From Myxococcota bacterium (GTDB lineage: Bacteria > Myxococcota_A > UBA9160 > UBA6930), in the NCBI GenBank assembly GCA_965223415.1, contig OZ245002.1, forward strand, positions 1,472,001 to 1,536,000: a DNA stretch of 64,000 bases, read 5' to 3'. A program made the position numbers and the translations under genes. Of the stretch, positions 1 to 13,084 are shown piece by piece. Numbering within the stretch: position 1 is the stretch's first letter; the number at the start of each line of letters is the position of its first letter. A model generated the notes under the pieces. The model was not told where the DNA came from, did no database searches, and saw only the letters and a program-made list of their open reading frames with translations.

Positions 1-106
1 CACCGAGGCCGTAGTGCAGCGTGTGGGTCAGGATGTGGACGCGGGCGTCGTCCCAGTCCACCATCTGGCCGTCGAGCCAGATCTTCTCGCCGCGGATGCC
101 GGTCAT
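1..106 (-). CDS. ilvE: Branched-chain amino acid aminotransferase, 5' part only (runs off window start)
   Basis: Not in ORF track; reverse strand from ATG at 106 reads [35 protein letters not shown], the typical IlvE N-terminus; GGAGG-type SD just upstream. Confidence 0.9.
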   Translation of the reverse strand, partial: MTGIRGEKIWLDGQMVDWDDARVHILTHTLHYGLG

Positions 107-136
107 GCTCCCTCCGCTGAACCGAAGGAGGGGATG

Positions 137-2038
137 CTAGCCCCGCTTGAGGATCCTTCCCAGCACCCCCCTGGAGCGCTGCTTCCGGAGCGCGATCAGG
201 CGCAGCTCCTGGAGGGCCTCGCTGCACTCCGGGTCGAGCTCGACGGCGCGAGTGAACATCCGCTCGGCGGTATCCACCTTGTCTTCCACCTTACACAGGC
301 GTCCGAGGATGAGGAAGGGCGCGGCGCGCTGGGGCGCGAGCTTCTTGGAGAGGAGCGCGCGCTTCTTGGCACGCCGCCGGGCCGCATCGTCCTCGGGCGC
401 GGACAGGTACTCGGCCCATCCATAGTAGGCGTGGTACTCGCCCTCTTCAGGATAGGACTCGACTGCCTCCGCGAAGTGCTTCATGGCATCGCCGAAGCGG
501 CGCCCCTTCAGGGCGCGCTGCCCCTGCTGGAAGGCGCGCTCGGCGCGCAGGGCCTTGTGCCCTTCGTCCAGCTCGCGCTCTTCCTCGCGGCGCCGGGCGG
601 TGCGCGCGCGGGCCTCGGCGGTGGCGATGGCCTGGTAGGCGCGGCTCACCTTGTCGAAGACCTCTTCCGCGAGTCCGCGCACCGCGTCTCCCTCAGCGGA
701 GAAGCGGTCCGGGTGCGTGCGCCGGGCGAGGTCGGCGAACACGCTGCGGATCTCGGCGTCGCCAGCATTGCGGGCGAGGCCGAACATCTTGAACTCGTCA
801 CGCCCCTCGAAGCGGGCTGCCAGCTCCGAGAGCTCCTTGCGGACGCGCTGGGCCTGGCGGCCCTCGGCCCGATCGTCCACGACGCGCACCCGTTCCTTCG
901 CGACGCGTCCAGCGCGGGGAATCGAGCGCAGCGAGCGGGCCCGGGGCGACGCCGGCTCGAGCTCGACGAGCCCGACGGTGATCAGACCGAAGAGGATTCG
1001 CCGCTGGGCTTGGTCGGCCTCGCACAGCTCAGCGAGGCTCTGGCTGCCGTCGAGGTCCTCGAGGACCCGCTGCGCCTCGGGCGCGTCGATGTCCTGATAG
1101 GCGTGGAAGGGGACCGAGCTCGGTACCACGTGGAGCTGGCTGCGCTCGCGCAGGAACGCGTCGATCAGCTCGAGGTTGGCGTGCTCCCGAACGCCTTGGA
1201 GGATGAGCGAGGCCGGTGAGCGCTTCAGGCCGACGGCTTCGCCCTTCAAGGAGGCTCCCTGCTGGAAGCGGAAGCTCCCCTCGCTCCACGAGAACACTTC
1301 GAGCAGACGCCCTTCGGCCTGCCGGTTCAGCGCATGGGCCAGGTCCGCGTCGTCCAGCATGTACATGGCCTTCAGGATCTGTCCCTGCAGCCCCTCACCA
1401 CGCTTCACGCGCCGAACCGATTCGTGCAGCGTGTCCCAGGTGATGGTGCCGCTGGCGACCAGGAGGTGGCCGAGGGTCTCCTTTACCATGTTGGAGCGCA
1501 CGGAGACCGGCTGTCCCCCCTCCAGCTGCACGAGCTTCTTCTTCGATCCCTGCTGCAGCCGCAACACGCCGCTGGCCCGCATGCCGTGGAGGTGGTGCAG
1601 GAGCGACGGGAACGGCAGCTCGGAGAAGGTGCCCGAGAGATCCATCGGCCGGGCCTCGCCCGCCGAGGCTTCGCCCGGCATCAGCCTCCCGACGACGCCG
1701 AGAAGGGTCTTGAGCGGGACCGGCTTGGTCAGCACCACGTCGGCGTCGAGGGCTCGTGCCCGCGCCTCGTAGTCCGGCGTGAAGCGGCAGCCGGAGAGCA
1801 TCACCACCGGGAGGCGCTGGGTGCTGTCCCGGCGGATCTCCTCCAGGACGGCGAAGCCGTCCTTGCGCGGCAGCATCACGTCGAGAGTCACGAGGGACGG
1901 GCGCAGGCTGCGAAGACGCTCGAGCGCGGTCTCACCGTCGCCTGCGGTCTCCACGCGATAGCCCTGCTCTCGAAACGCTCGAGCGAGGATGCGCTGGAAG
2001 TTGGCGTCGTCGTCGACACAGAGAATGGTCGCGGTCAC
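137..2038 (-). CDS. Response regulator receiver + DUF4388-like + DnaJ + TPR multidomain protein
   Basis: N-terminal REC (ILCVDDD, TLDVMLP, KP), LSGTFSELPFPSLL patch domain, J-domain HPD (RRTHPDRF), C-terminal TPR-like helices. Confidence 0.85.
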   Translation of the reverse strand: MTATILCVDDDANFQRILARAFREQGYRVETAGDGETALERLRSLRPSLVTLDVMLPRKDGFAVLEEIRRDSTQRLPVVMLSGCRFTPDYEARARALDADVVLTKPVPLKTLLGVVGRLMPGEASAGEARPMDLSGTFSELPFPSLLHHLHGMRASGVLRLQQGSKKKLVQLEGGQPVSVRSNMVKETLGHLLVASGTITWDTLHESVRRVKRGEGLQGQILKAMYMLDDADLAHALNRQAEGRLLEVFSWSEGSFRFQQGASLKGEAVGLKRSPASLILQGVREHANLELIDAFLRERSQLHVVPSSVPFHAYQDIDAPEAQRVLEDLDGSQSLAELCEADQAQRRILFGLITVGLVELEPASPRARSLRSIPRAGRVAKERVRVVDDRAEGRQAQRVRKELSELAARFEGRDEFKMFGLARNAGDAEIRSVFADLARRTHPDRFSAEGDAVRGLAEEVFDKVSRAYQAIATAEARARTARRREEERELDEGHKALRAERAFQQGQRALKGRRFGDAMKHFAEAVESYPEEGEYHAYYGWAEYLSAPEDDAARRRAKKRALLSKKLAPQRAAPFLILGRLCKVEDKVDTAERMFTRAVELDPECSEALQELRLIALRKQRSRGVLGRILKRG

Positions 2039-2107
2039 CGGGGGAGCCTCCGGTCCTGCCTATCGTCCGATGGCCGCGTGGAGCTGAGGGGAGATCGCCC
2101 CGGCGCT

Positions 2108-3181
2108 TCAAGAATCGGCAGGCGATGCGCAGGCCTCGCGCAGCAGGCCGGCAAGAGACGCCATGTAGGGCGCCCGGGCGATCCCGTGCTCGGTGACGAT
2201 CGCGCTGACCAGGCTCGCCGGGGTCACGTCGAAGGCGGGATGGCGCACGGCCACGCCCTCCGGCACGACCGGCCGGGCGCCGAAATCGGCCACCTCCTCC
2301 CGCCCGCGCTCCTCGATCGGGATGCCGTCGCCATCCGGTGTGTCGAGGTCCACGGTCGAGCAGGGCGCGGCCACGTAGAAGGGCAGGTCGTGGGCACGGG
2401 CCAGGAGCGCCAGGCCGTAGGTACCGATCTTGTTGGCGACGTCGCCGTTGGCCGCGACCCGGTCGGCCCCCACGACCACCAGGTCCACCTCGCCTCGCGC
2501 CATGAAGTGGGCCGCCATGTTGTCGGTGATGACGGAGACATCGATGCCGTCGCGGTGGAGCTCCCAGGCCGTGAGCCTGGCGCCCTGGAGGAAGGGCCGG
2601 GTCTCGTCGGCGAGCACGCTGACCCGCCGCCCCGCCTCCGCGGCGGCCCGCACCACGCCGAGCGCCGTGCCGTAGCCCCCGGTCGCCAGGGCGCCGGCGT
2701 TGCAGTGGGTGAGGATTCGCGCCCCGTCCGGAACCAGGGGCGCACCAGCGGCGCCGAGGCGGCGACACACCGCCACGTCCTCGCACAGCAGGGCCCTCGC
2801 CTCGGCGAGGAACCCATCGCGCAGGGCGGCGACCTCGGCTCCGCCCGCCGCCTCCTCCGCGAGCCACGCCTGCATCCGACCGACCGCCCAGGCGAGGTTC
2901 ACGGCTGTGGGCCGCGTTCGCAGCAGCCGATCCGCCGCGCCGCCGACATCGGCGACCAGCTCTTCGGGCGTCTTGGCCGTACTCGTGCGCGCGGCCAGGG
3001 CGAGGCCGAGGGCCGCCGTGCAGCCGATGGCCGGAGCCCCGCGCACCGCCAGCCCCTCGATGGCGTGAGCCACGGCTTCGACGTCGCGAAGGTGCAGGTA
3101 GACCTCCCGCTCGGGAAGCACGCGCTGGTCGATCAGCGCGACCGCGTCGTCTTCCCAGCCGACCGTGAACCAGTCGCTCAC
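2108..3181 (-). CDS. mtnA: S-methyl-5-thioribose-1-phosphate isomerase
   Basis: [50 protein letters not shown] motifs; GTG start overlaps the upstream stop (GTGA). Confidence 0.95.
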   Translation of the reverse strand: MSDWFTVGWEDDAVALIDQRVLPEREVYLHLRDVEAVAHAIEGLAVRGAPAIGCTAALGLALAARTSTAKTPEELVADVGGAADRLLRTRPTAVNLAWAVGRMQAWLAEEAAGGAEVAALRDGFLAEARALLCEDVAVCRRLGAAGAPLVPDGARILTHCNAGALATGGYGTALGVVRAAAEAGRRVSVLADETRPFLQGARLTAWELHRDGIDVSVITDNMAAHFMARGEVDLVVVGADRVAANGDVANKIGTYGLALLARAHDLPFYVAAPCSTVDLDTPDGDGIPIEERGREEVADFGARPVVPEGVAVRHPAFDVTPASLVSAIVTEHGIARAPYMASLAGLLREACASPADS

Positions 3182-5340
3182 GGTGCCCCCTGCCCCTCCG
3201 GCTCGGCAGGCGGCGGCTCGCCGGTCAGGATCGAGTCGAGGATGTCGAGCACGTCCTTGCCGGATCCCTCGCCGAGCCGCTCGTCGATCTTGCGCTCCCA
3301 CTTCTCGCGGCGCCGGTCGTCGGCCACGTAGGCCGCGCCGAACGCCAGGGCGGCTTCCTGGGTGATCGTCACGTTCGGGTCGTCCACGGTTCCCTTCACG
3401 GCGGCGAGGGGGATGACCCGGCGGCGGGGCTCCCGCGGCGCCTCGCCTTCGCCCGCGAGCTCCTGGTCGAGCTCCTCGAAGAGGGTGAGCGTCCCCCGCA
3501 GATCGAGCTCGCGCCCGACGAGCCCGACGCTCCCTCGCAGGTCGACCCGGTAGTCGCGGTATTGGAGCCGCAGGTCGCGGGTGCCGGCGACGCCGTCCTT
3601 CACGGCAAGGGTTCCGCCGAGCCGCTCGAAGCGATCGGCGTAGTACTTCTCGGCCTTCTCGCCGGCCGCCAGCCGTGCGGCGGCGACCACGGCGCCGCCT
3701 TCCTTGCGCAGGCCGTCGACGGTCTGCTCGAGGAGCGAGACGCCGCGCAGCCGGCCCGGGGCCACGTCGAAGCGCAGCTTGCCGGTGACGCGCTGGAGCA
3801 GATCGCCCTCCCCGGTGAGCGGGCCGGCCCACTCGCTGCGCAGACGCAGGGGGCCGGACAGGGCGTCCTCCTTGCCGGACAGGGCGGTCAGCAGCACCTG
3901 GCTGTCGGCCTCGTCGGCGTCGAGGCGCACCGCCATGCGCGGCGTCCCGGCCAGCTCCTGAATCTGGAGATCGAGCTGGAACGGCTGCTCGGCGACCCGC
4001 AGGTCGAGATCCTCGCCCACGATCGCGTCTCCGGTCCCCCTCAGGCGCCCGTTCAGGGTGAGGAGCTGGCCCTCTTCCAGGGGATACTCGAAGCCCGCTA
4101 CGAGGAAGCTGCCCCGCACGGAGAGCGGGCCCATCCCGAGAGCCAGGTCCTCGAGCTGCACGGTGCCGGGAAGCGGCTCGTCGCCCAGGGCCGGGATCAT
4201 CGTCTCCCAGCCGGCGATGCCGAAGGCCGGTGCGGTGAGCCGGATCTCGGTGCGGCTGCCGAGGCTCACCTCGCCGGTGGCACGGAGGTTGTGGAGCTGC
4301 ACCTCGAGGCCTTCGAGGGTTCGCGCGTCGCCTTCCTGGATCAGGCGGCCCGCGAGCCGACCCTGCACGCCGGCGGGCTTGACGAAGACGTCTTCCACGG
4401 CGAGCTGGGCCGCATCGAGATCGAGGACGACCGGCCCGGCGAGCCGATCCACCGGACCAGCCAGCTCCGCCGTGAGCGGCACCTGGCCGCTCACGACCAC
4501 GTCGCCGAACTCCAGCTCGGCGTCGTGGAGCTTCAGCTTGGCCTCGAGGGTCTCGAACACCTCGCGCTGCATGGCCGCCGTGAGGTCCAGCTCGAGGCGA
4601 CCGGCGAAGTCGTCGTCGCCGATCCACGGCTCGAGGGTGGCGAGGGAGAGGTCCGCGAGCTGAAGACTCAGGTCGAGGTCGCCGCCGGCAGCCCGTCGGC
4701 CGCGCGCCGTGAGACGGCCCGTATCCGCCAGCCGGGCCGCCACGTCGAAGTCCGCCGACTCGGTGAGCGCGGCCCCCTGCACGGTGGCGTCCACCTGCTC
4801 GAAGCGCAGCGTCGCGGGCGGGTCCAGGGTGCGATCTTCGAGGGTGATCGCTGCGCCGTCGATGCGGATGCCGCGGAGCTGGACGGTGAAGCCGTCGTCC
4901 CGGGAGCCCTCCTCGGGCAGCGCGTCCTCCGGGCGCGGCTCCTCCGGCTCCTCTTCCGGGGGCGAGAATGGCAGCGCGAAGCCGTCCTCGGTTCGCAGCA
5001 CCGTGAGCGCGGGCCCGACCACGTCCACGCGCTCGACCACGAGGGTTCGCGCGAGGAGCGGCAGCCACGCGATGCGCAGGCCGATGCGCTCAGCGGAGAG
5101 CGGAGCCTCGCCTTCGGCGCCGGCGAGCACCGGCGCGCGCATCTCGAGGCGCGGCGGGAGCAGCGCGACGCCGATGCCCTCGTAGGAGAGCTCCCGACCC
5201 GTCGCGGCGCGGGCCTCCTCGACGATGCGGGCCCGGACCTCCGGGCGCTCCGCAATGCGCGGGAGCAGGAACGCGAACGCTCCGACCGCAGCCAACGCCA
5301 ACACGACCGCCAGCCCCAGGAGGATTCGAAGCAGCCGCAC
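3178..5340 (-). CDS. AsmA family protein
   Basis: N-terminal TM anchor, [21 protein letters not shown], beta-rich body, C-terminal [15 protein letters not shown]. Confidence 0.8.
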   Translation of the reverse strand: MRLLRILLGLAVVLALAAVGAFAFLLPRIAERPEVRARIVEEARAATGRELSYEGIGVALLPPRLEMRAPVLAGAEGEAPLSAERIGLRIAWLPLLARTLVVERVDVVGPALTVLRTEDGFALPFSPPEEEPEEPRPEDALPEEGSRDDGFTVQLRGIRIDGAAITLEDRTLDPPATLRFEQVDATVQGAALTESADFDVAARLADTGRLTARGRRAAGGDLDLSLQLADLSLATLEPWIGDDDFAGRLELDLTAAMQREVFETLEAKLKLHDAELEFGDVVVSGQVPLTAELAGPVDRLAGPVVLDLDAAQLAVEDVFVKPAGVQGRLAGRLIQEGDARTLEGLEVQLHNLRATGEVSLGSRTEIRLTAPAFGIAGWETMIPALGDEPLPGTVQLEDLALGMGPLSVRGSFLVAGFEYPLEEGQLLTLNGRLRGTGDAIVGEDLDLRVAEQPFQLDLQIQELAGTPRMAVRLDADEADSQVLLTALSGKEDALSGPLRLRSEWAGPLTGEGDLLQRVTGKLRFDVAPGRLRGVSLLEQTVDGLRKEGGAVVAAARLAAGEKAEKYYADRFERLGGTLAVKDGVAGTRDLRLQYRDYRVDLRGSVGLVGRELDLRGTLTLFEELDQELAGEGEAPREPRRRVIPLAAVKGTVDDPNVTITQEAALAFGAAYVADDRRREKWERKIDERLGEGSGKDVLDILDSILTGEPPPAEPEGQGAP

Positions 5341-6785
5341 TACAGCGCCTCGAGCTTGGCGATCAGGATGTTGCGCACCTGGGCCGCGTCGGCCTTGCCT
5401 TGACTCTGCTTCATCACCTGCCCCATCAGGAAGTTCACGGCCTTCTTGTCGCCTTCCTTGTAGGAGGCGACCGCCTTCGGCTGGGCGGCGAGCACCTCAT
5501 CAGCCATGGCCTCGAGGGCGCCGCTGTCGGAGACCGCCTCGAGACCGCGCTCCTGCATCAGCGCCTCGGGCTCACCGCCGCTCTCGAGCAGCTCGGGAAG
5601 CAGGTCCCGGGCGCTCTTCGCGGTGAGGCGTCCCTCGTCCACGAGGCGGAGCAGGGCTGCGAAGCCGGTGGCCTCGAGCGCGGCGTCCGAGAGCTCCCGT
5701 TCGTGCTCGTTCAGCCAGGCCAACACGTCCCGGGTGAGCCAGTTCGCGGCCCCTTTGGGCTCCGCGCCGGCGGCGACGGCAGCCTCGAAGAAGTCCGCGA
5801 GGGCCCCGGCGACGACGAGCTTGGCCGCGTCGTCGGCGGCCAGGCCGAGCTCCTCGTGGAAGCGCCGGCGACGGGCGTCCGGCAGCTCGGGGAGCGCGGC
5901 GCGGATCGCCTCGATGCGCTCTACCGCCACGACCAGGGGGATCAGGTCGGGATCCGGGAAGTAGCGGTAGTCGTCCGCGTTCTCCTTCACCCGCATCACG
6001 AACAGCCGGTCCGCCTCGGCGTCGTAGCCGACGGTGGCTTGCTCCACCTCCCCTCCGGCGTCGAGCAGCTCCGCCTGGTAGTCGACCTCGCGCTCGATGG
6101 CGGCCTCGACGAAGCGGAACGAGTTCACGTTCTTGATCTCGCGGCGAGTGCCCAGCTCGGCGGCGCCAGGCCTGCGGAGGGACACGTTCACGTCGCACTT
6201 GAACTGCCCCTTCTCCATGTCCGCGTCGGAGGCGCCGACGGCGCGCAGGATCGCGTGGAGCTTCCTCAGGTAGGCGGCGGCTTCCGGGCCCGAGCGCATG
6301 TCCGGCTCGGACACCACCTCGACGAGCGGAACGCCCGCCCGGTTGAGGTCGACATGGGTCTCGGTGGGGCTGTCGTCGTGGATCGACTTGCCCGCATCCT
6401 CCTCCATGTGGATACGCGTGATGCCGACGCGCTTCGCTCCGTCTTCGGGCTCGATCTCGAGCCAGCCTTCGGTGCACAGCGGATGCTCGAACTGGGAGAT
6501 CTGGTAGCCCTTCGGCAGGTCCGGGTAGAAGTAGTTCTTGCGCGCGAAGACCGAGCTGGCCTGGATCGTGCAGTGGGTGGCGAGGCCGGCACGGATCGCC
6601 AGCTCGACCGCCTCACCGTTCAGCACCGGCAGCGCCCCCGGCAGCGCCAGACACACCGGCGTGGTGTGGTGGTTGGGCTCGTCCCCATAGGATACGGCGG
6701 CGGTGGAGAAGAGCTTGCTGCGGGTGCGGAGCTGGACGTGCACCTCGATGCCGATCACGACCTCGTAGTCGGGATGGGTGCTCAC
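5340..6785 (-). CDS. gatB: Asp/Glu-tRNA amidotransferase subunit B
   Basis: [50 protein letters not shown] start coupled to gatA stop. Confidence 0.97.
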   Translation of the reverse strand: MSTHPDYEVVIGIEVHVQLRTRSKLFSTAAVSYGDEPNHHTTPVCLALPGALPVLNGEAVELAIRAGLATHCTIQASSVFARKNYFYPDLPKGYQISQFEHPLCTEGWLEIEPEDGAKRVGITRIHMEEDAGKSIHDDSPTETHVDLNRAGVPLVEVVSEPDMRSGPEAAAYLRKLHAILRAVGASDADMEKGQFKCDVNVSLRRPGAAELGTRREIKNVNSFRFVEAAIEREVDYQAELLDAGGEVEQATVGYDAEADRLFVMRVKENADDYRYFPDPDLIPLVVAVERIEAIRAALPELPDARRRRFHEELGLAADDAAKLVVAGALADFFEAAVAAGAEPKGAANWLTRDVLAWLNEHERELSDAALEATGFAALLRLVDEGRLTAKSARDLLPELLESGGEPEALMQERGLEAVSDSGALEAMADEVLAAQPKAVASYKEGDKKAVNFLMGQVMKQSQGKADAAQVRNILIAKLEAL

Positions 6786-8248
6786 GGGAAGCCCTCCGGG
6801 CGCGCCAGATGGTAGTCGGTGAGGCGCTGGTAGGCGTCGGCCACCCGGAGCACGGTGGCATCCTCCAGGGGCCGCCCGAGCACCTGGAGCCCCACCGGGA
6901 GCCCACCGGCCTGGCCGCACGGGAGAGAGACGCCGGGCAGCCCCGCCAGGTTCGCGGAGACCGTGTCCACGTCGGAGAGGTACATGGTGAGGGGGTCTGC
7001 GGTCTTCTCACCGAGCCGGAAGGCGGTCTCGGGGGTGGTCGGGGTGAGCAGCACGTCGCAGCGGGCGAAGGCGGCGTCGAAGTCGCGGCGCAGCAGGGTG
7101 CGGACCTTCTGGGCCTTGCGGTAGTAGGCGTCGTAGTAGCCTGCCGAGAGCACGTAGGTGCCGAGCAGGATGCGCCGCTTCACCTCGGCGCCGAAGCCCT
7201 CGGAGCGGCTGCGCTCGTAGAGCTCCGTCAGCCCGGAGACGCCGGCCGCCCGCCGTCCGTAGCGCACCCCGTCGAAGCGGGAGAGGTTGCTCGACGCCTC
7301 CGCCGTCGCGATCAGGTAGTAGGCGGCGATGGCGTAGCGGGTGTGGGGAAGATCGACCTCGACGAGCTTCGCCCCCTCCGCCTCCAGCACCGACGCTGCC
7401 GCGCGGACCTGCTCGAGAACTGCCGGGTCAGCGCCTTCGCCGGCGAAGTACTCGCGCGGGAGACCGATCACCAGCCCCGAGATCTCGCCGGTCAGCGCGT
7501 CCGCGCAGGAGAGGGGCGGCTCCGGCAGGGACGTGGAGTCGTTCTCGTCGTGGCCGCTGATCGCGTCGAGGAGCAGCGCGCAATCCGCCGCGCTGCGGCC
7601 GAAGGGACCGATCTGGTCGAGGGAAGAGGCGAAGGCCACGAGCCCGTAGCGAGAGACGCGACCGTAGGTGGGCTTCATCCCCACCACGCCGCAGAACGCC
7701 GCCGGCTGGCGGATCGAGCCGCCGGTATCGCTCCCCAGGGCGAGGGGCACGATGCCGGCGGCGACGGCGGCCGCGGAGCCGCCGGAGGAGCCGCCGGGGG
7801 AGCGCTCCGGGTCCCACGGGTTGCGAGCCGGTCCGTGTGCCGAGTTCTCGGTGGACGAGCCCATCGCGAACTCGTCCATGTTGGTGCGACCGACGATCAC
7901 GACGCCAGCCTCGCGCAGCCTCGCCGTGACCGTGGCGTCGAAGGGCGACACGTAGCCCTCGAGGATGCGCGAGGCGCAGCCGGCCGGCTCGGCCCGCTGC
8001 ACGATGTTGTCCTTCAGCACCAGGGGGATTCCGTCGAGAGGCGAACGGGTGGCGCCGGATGCCCTTCGGGCGTCCGCGGCGTCCGCCTCCTGGAGCGCGG
8101 CTTCGGCGCGCAAGCCGACGAAGGCGCCGAGCTGTTCTCCCGCCTCCCCCGCGCGCGCCAGCGCGCGCTCGGTCTGTTCGCGACACGTGGTTTCGCCCGC
8201 GTCGAGCGCAGCGCGAAGCGCGGCGACGGAGCCGGGCGACGCCTCCAT
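6782..8248 (-). CDS. gatA: Asp/Glu-tRNA amidotransferase subunit A
   Basis: Amidase signature [43 protein letters not shown]. Confidence 0.97.
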   Translation of the reverse strand: MEASPGSVAALRAALDAGETTCREQTERALARAGEAGEQLGAFVGLRAEAALQEADAADARRASGATRSPLDGIPLVLKDNIVQRAEPAGCASRILEGYVSPFDATVTARLREAGVVIVGRTNMDEFAMGSSTENSAHGPARNPWDPERSPGGSSGGSAAAVAAGIVPLALGSDTGGSIRQPAAFCGVVGMKPTYGRVSRYGLVAFASSLDQIGPFGRSAADCALLLDAISGHDENDSTSLPEPPLSCADALTGEISGLVIGLPREYFAGEGADPAVLEQVRAAASVLEAEGAKLVEVDLPHTRYAIAAYYLIATAEASSNLSRFDGVRYGRRAAGVSGLTELYERSRSEGFGAEVKRRILLGTYVLSAGYYDAYYRKAQKVRTLLRRDFDAAFARCDVLLTPTTPETAFRLGEKTADPLTMYLSDVDTVSANLAGLPGVSLPCGQAGGLPVGLQVLGRPLEDATVLRVADAYQRLTDYHLARPEGFP

Positions 8249-8250
8249 GC

Positions 8251-8556
8251 TCAGCCCTCCGCCTCGCCGTCGAGCACCTTGGGAACGGAGAAGGCCGTGC
8301 CTTCGGCCGCCGGCGCATTGGCGACGGCCTCTTCGGGCGCGAGCTCGCCGCCGGGAACGTCTTCCCGTACCGGCGTCGCGAGGGGAATGACGTGGGCGGT
8401 CGGCTCCACGGCCTCCGTGTCCACCTCCGACAAGAGGTCGACGTAGTCGAGGATCCGCTCGAGCTCGGCGGTCACGGCGACGAGCTCGGCGCCGTCGAGG
8501 CGAAGCCTGGCCAGGGCCGCCATCCGGCGGGCGTCTTCCGGGGCGATCCGGGACAT
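8251..8556 (-). CDS. gatC: Asp/Glu-tRNA amidotransferase subunit C
   Basis: ALARL...[19 protein letters not shown]...NAP...FSVPKV; first gene of gatCAB. Confidence 0.93.
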   Translation of the reverse strand: MSRIAPEDARRMAALARLRLDGAELVAVTAELERILDYVDLLSEVDTEAVEPTAHVIPLATPVREDVPGGELAPEEAVANAPAAEGTAFSVPKVLDGEAEG

Positions 8557-8650
8557 GAGGCGGATTCTAACGATCTGCGGGTGGCCCGCAGATGAAGGAT
8601 GGGAGCGGCTCGCAGCGTCCTTCCGGCGAATCCTGTACCGTGCTGCGATC

Positions 8651-10147
<1,497 letters not shown>

Positions 10148-10180
10148 CCCCCGCTGGTCGGGCGCAGAAGCCGTCCGGAG

Positions 10181-11089
10181 CTAGAGGTCGATCCAGGCGG
10201 GTGCCCGCCCGCTGCCGCAGATCGCCAGGGACGGTCGTCCCGCCTGCGAGAGCACCCGAAGGCCACCGGCCACGCCCCCGAGGTCGAGGATCCGTCCCAA
10301 CGCGGCGCCATCGCGCCGGGGCTCCGTGGCCGCAGCCTTCGCCAGGCGCAGGGCGCGCTCCCCGTTCTGGGGAGCGATCAGGAGACCGCCGTCCGGCAGG
10401 ACGACGCGCCGCTCGGCGCCGACCACGTGGATGGCCGCGAGCTCGCCGCCGGCGTCGGCCAGCACGATCGTCGTCGGGCCGCCGGCCGGCCGCCGCTCGC
10501 ACCACTCGAGGGCCGGGGCCACCGAGTCGAAGCGCTGGAGGCAATCCTGGGCCAGCAGCGGGGCAGGAGCCGAGCAGGCGCGCGGCCCCTCGAGGCCGGG
10601 CACCGCGGCGGTCCAGCTCGCGGAGACGACCAGGCCGTGCTCGTTCACGCCGATCAGCGCGGGCACGATGCCGGGCAACGCGATCTCGATGGAGCGGAAG
10701 TCGCCTTCACCGGGTGCGCTGCGCCGCAGGAGAAGGTCGGCAGGCGGACGATCGATCGCGCGCAGCACGCTCCCGGGGGCGCCTGCAGCAGCGACCGTGG
10801 CGCCGCTCTCGGCCTCGGCGTGACGTCCCAGCAGAGCCCACAGTGCGCGTTGGCTCACGTGGGCGCCGCGGGCCAGGCCGATCGTGCGCTCGAAGAGGTG
10901 CGGGTAGTAGCGACGCAGGTCGCGGCCGAGGCGCACCTCGAGCTCGTGGGGATCGGGCACGAGGCGATCCAGCCAGCCGGGCCGGGGCAGGCCGCGGAGG
11001 GCTGTCGCCACTCCGTGGCGCGCGAACGCACCCTGGTCGTACCCGAGGTCGCGGGGTGCGCCCTCGCAGGAGACCGCCGGCGGTCGCAC
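10181..11089 (-). CDS. Peptidase C45 / Ntn-hydrolase-like protein, divergent
   Basis: CEGAPRDLGYDQG N-terminus and GVNEHGLVV, LQRFDSV, IVLADAGG resemble C45; GTG start overlaps larE stop. Confidence 0.6.
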   Translation of the reverse strand: MRPPAVSCEGAPRDLGYDQGAFARHGVATALRGLPRPGWLDRLVPDPHELEVRLGRDLRRYYPHLFERTIGLARGAHVSQRALWALLGRHAEAESGATVAAAGAPGSVLRAIDRPPADLLLRRSAPGEGDFRSIEIALPGIVPALIGVNEHGLVVSASWTAAVPGLEGPRACSAPAPLLAQDCLQRFDSVAPALEWCERRPAGGPTTIVLADAGGELAAIHVVGAERRVVLPDGGLLIAPQNGERALRLAKAAATEPRRDGAALGRILDLGGVAGGLRVLSQAGRPSLAICGSGRAPAWIDL

Positions 11090-11931
11090 TAGGATGCCTC
11101 GCGCTTGGCGCCTTCCGGGAGCACTTCGTTCAGCGCGCCCGTGCGGTAGCCCTCGAGGTCGAGGGACACGAAGCGGAAGCCCAGGGGCTTGAGCTGCTCG
11201 ACGATCGCGCGGGCCATCTTCAGGTCGAGGGCACGCGGCAGCTCCGCTGGGGCGATCTCGACCCGCGCCACCAGCCCGTGGTGCCGCAGCCGGAGCTGGC
11301 GGAAGCCGAGACCACGCAGGCGCTCCTCGCCCTCTTCCACCTGCCGGAGGCGCTCGGGCGTGACCTTGGTTCCGTAGGGCAGCCGGGAGGCCAGGCACGC
11401 CGAGGCCGGCAGATCGGCGGTGGGCAGTCCCGCCTCCCGGGAGAGCTCCCGGATCTCCTGCTTCGAGAGCCCGACGTCGAGGAAGGGCGAGAGCACGCCG
11501 TGCTCGTCCGCCGCCCGGTGGCCCGGCCTGAAGTCGCCCTGGTCGTCGGTGTTCACGCCGTAGGCGACGGCCGCATAGCCTTCGCTGTCGCGCAGGCGAC
11601 CGAGCACGTCGAAGAGCTCGGTCTTGCAGAAATAGCAACGATCCGGTCGGTTGGCGCGGTAGTCCTCGCTCTCCATCTCGTGGGTGTCGACGTAGCGGTG
11701 GGGGATCTCGAAGTGCCCCACCACCTCTTCGGCCACCTTCCGATGGCTGTCCGGGTAGGAGGGCGAGACGGCGGTGACCGCCAGGGCGTCGTCCCCGAGG
11801 GCGCGCTTCGCCGCGAGGGCCAGGTAGCTCGAGTCCACGCCGCCGGAGAAGGCGACGAGCAGGCGTCCTGCGGCACGCAGGCGGTCCTCGAGGGCTGCCT
11901 CTTTCCGCTTCAGTTCCGGGGGGATCGGCAC
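11089..11931 (-). CDS. larE: ATP-dependent sulfur transferase LarE family
   Basis: PP-loop AFSGGVDSS, DRCYFCK, RPG, ACLASRLPYG, LRLRHHG. Confidence 0.92.
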   Translation of the reverse strand: MPIPPELKRKEAALEDRLRAAGRLLVAFSGGVDSSYLALAAKRALGDDALAVTAVSPSYPDSHRKVAEEVVGHFEIPHRYVDTHEMESEDYRANRPDRCYFCKTELFDVLGRLRDSEGYAAVAYGVNTDDQGDFRPGHRAADEHGVLSPFLDVGLSKQEIRELSREAGLPTADLPASACLASRLPYGTKVTPERLRQVEEGEERLRGLGFRQLRLRHHGLVARVEIAPAELPRALDLKMARAIVEQLKPLGFRFVSLDLEGYRTGALNEVLPEGAKREAS

Positions 11932-11938
11932 CCTGGGG

Positions 11939-11968
11939 AGGGTAGGAGGGGCCGGCGGGGGGGGTCAA
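11939..11968 (-). promoter_or_regulatory. sigma70-type promoter of larE, probably leaderless
   Basis: TTGACC (11968-11963), 18 nt, TACCCT (11944-11939), 7 nt, then GTG start. Confidence 0.6.
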
Positions 11969-11994
11969 GCTATGCTCGGCTGTCGGGGGTGCGC

Positions 11995-13080
11995 ATGGCC
12001 AAGATCCGCGTCGGCATCGTCTACGGCGGGCGCTCCGTCGAGCACGAGGTGTCCATCGCCTCGGCCACCTCGATCCTCCAGGCCCTGGACCCGTCCCGCT
12101 ACGAGGTGCAGCTGATCGCCATCTCGAAGGAGGGGCGCTGGCACCTGGGCGGACCGGACCTGCTCCCGGAGGCGGTCCTGGAAGCGGAGGAGGTGACCCT
12201 GCCCGCCGTACCCGGCGAGCGGCAGCTCGTTTCCGTGGAGCACGGCACGCCGGCCGCCCAGCTCGACGTGATCGTGCCGATCATCCACGGGACCGGTGGC
12301 GAGGACGGCACCCTCCAGGGCTTCCTCGAGCTGGCCGGCGTTCCCTACGTGGGCGCCGGCGTGCTGGGATCGGCGATCCAGATGGACAAGGAGGTGACGA
12401 AGCGCCTGCTCCAGGCGGCGGGCCTCCCGGTCGTGCCGGGCGCCTGCCTGCGCAAGCACGAAATCGAGGCCCGCCCGGAGGCCGCCGGCCAGGCCGCGCT
12501 TCGGGAGCTCGGCCTGCCGCTCTTCGTCAAGCCGGTCGGGCTCGGGTCCTCGGTGGGAATCTCCAAGGTCGAGCGCGCCGAGCAGCTCGGCCCGGCCCTC
12601 GAGGAGGCGGCGCGGTACGACGAGAAGGTCCTGATCGAGATGGGCGTCGACGCCCGGGAGATCGAGGTCGCGGTGCTGGGCAACGACGAGCCGGAGGCAT
12701 CCCTTCCGGGTGAGATCGTGCCCCACGCCGATTTCTACGACTACGAATCGAAGTATGTGGACGAGGCCACGGAGCTGCTGGTCCCGGCGCCGATCTCCGA
12801 GGCACTGACCGGCCGCCTGCAACAGCTGGCCGTCGAGGCCTTCCGCCTGCTGGAGGGCCGCGGCATGGCCCGCGTCGACTTCTTCGTCGACAAGGAGAGC
12901 GACGAGGTGTGGCTGAACGAGGTGAACAGCCTGCCGGGCTTCACGGAGGTCTCGATGTACCCCCGCCTGTGGCAGGCGTCGGGCCTGCCCTACCCCGCCC
13001 TGCTCGACCGCCTGATCGAGCTGGCCCTCGAGCGCTCCCGTCGCAGCCAGGCCCTGGAACGCAACTACCAGCGAGGTTAG
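11995..13080 (+). CDS. ddl: D-alanine--D-alanine ligase
   Basis: GGRSVEHEVS, HGTGGEDG, GSSVGI, FYDYESKY, NEVNSLPGFT. Confidence 0.96.
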   Translation: MAKIRVGIVYGGRSVEHEVSIASATSILQALDPSRYEVQLIAISKEGRWHLGGPDLLPEAVLEAEEVTLPAVPGERQLVSVEHGTPAAQLDVIVPIIHGTGGEDGTLQGFLELAGVPYVGAGVLGSAIQMDKEVTKRLLQAAGLPVVPGACLRKHEIEARPEAAGQAALRELGLPLFVKPVGLGSSVGISKVERAEQLGPALEEAARYDEKVLIEMGVDAREIEVAVLGNDEPEASLPGEIVPHADFYDYESKYVDEATELLVPAPISEALTGRLQQLAVEAFRLLEGRGMARVDFFVDKESDEVWLNEVNSLPGFTEVSMYPRLWQASGLPYPALLDRLIELALERSRRSQALERNYQRG

Positions 13081-13084
13081 GCCG

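Noticed and set aside
3182..3300. SAM riboswitch before mtnA or the homocysteine methyltransferase
   Set aside because: Both genes abut or overlap neighbouring CDS, leaving no leader space
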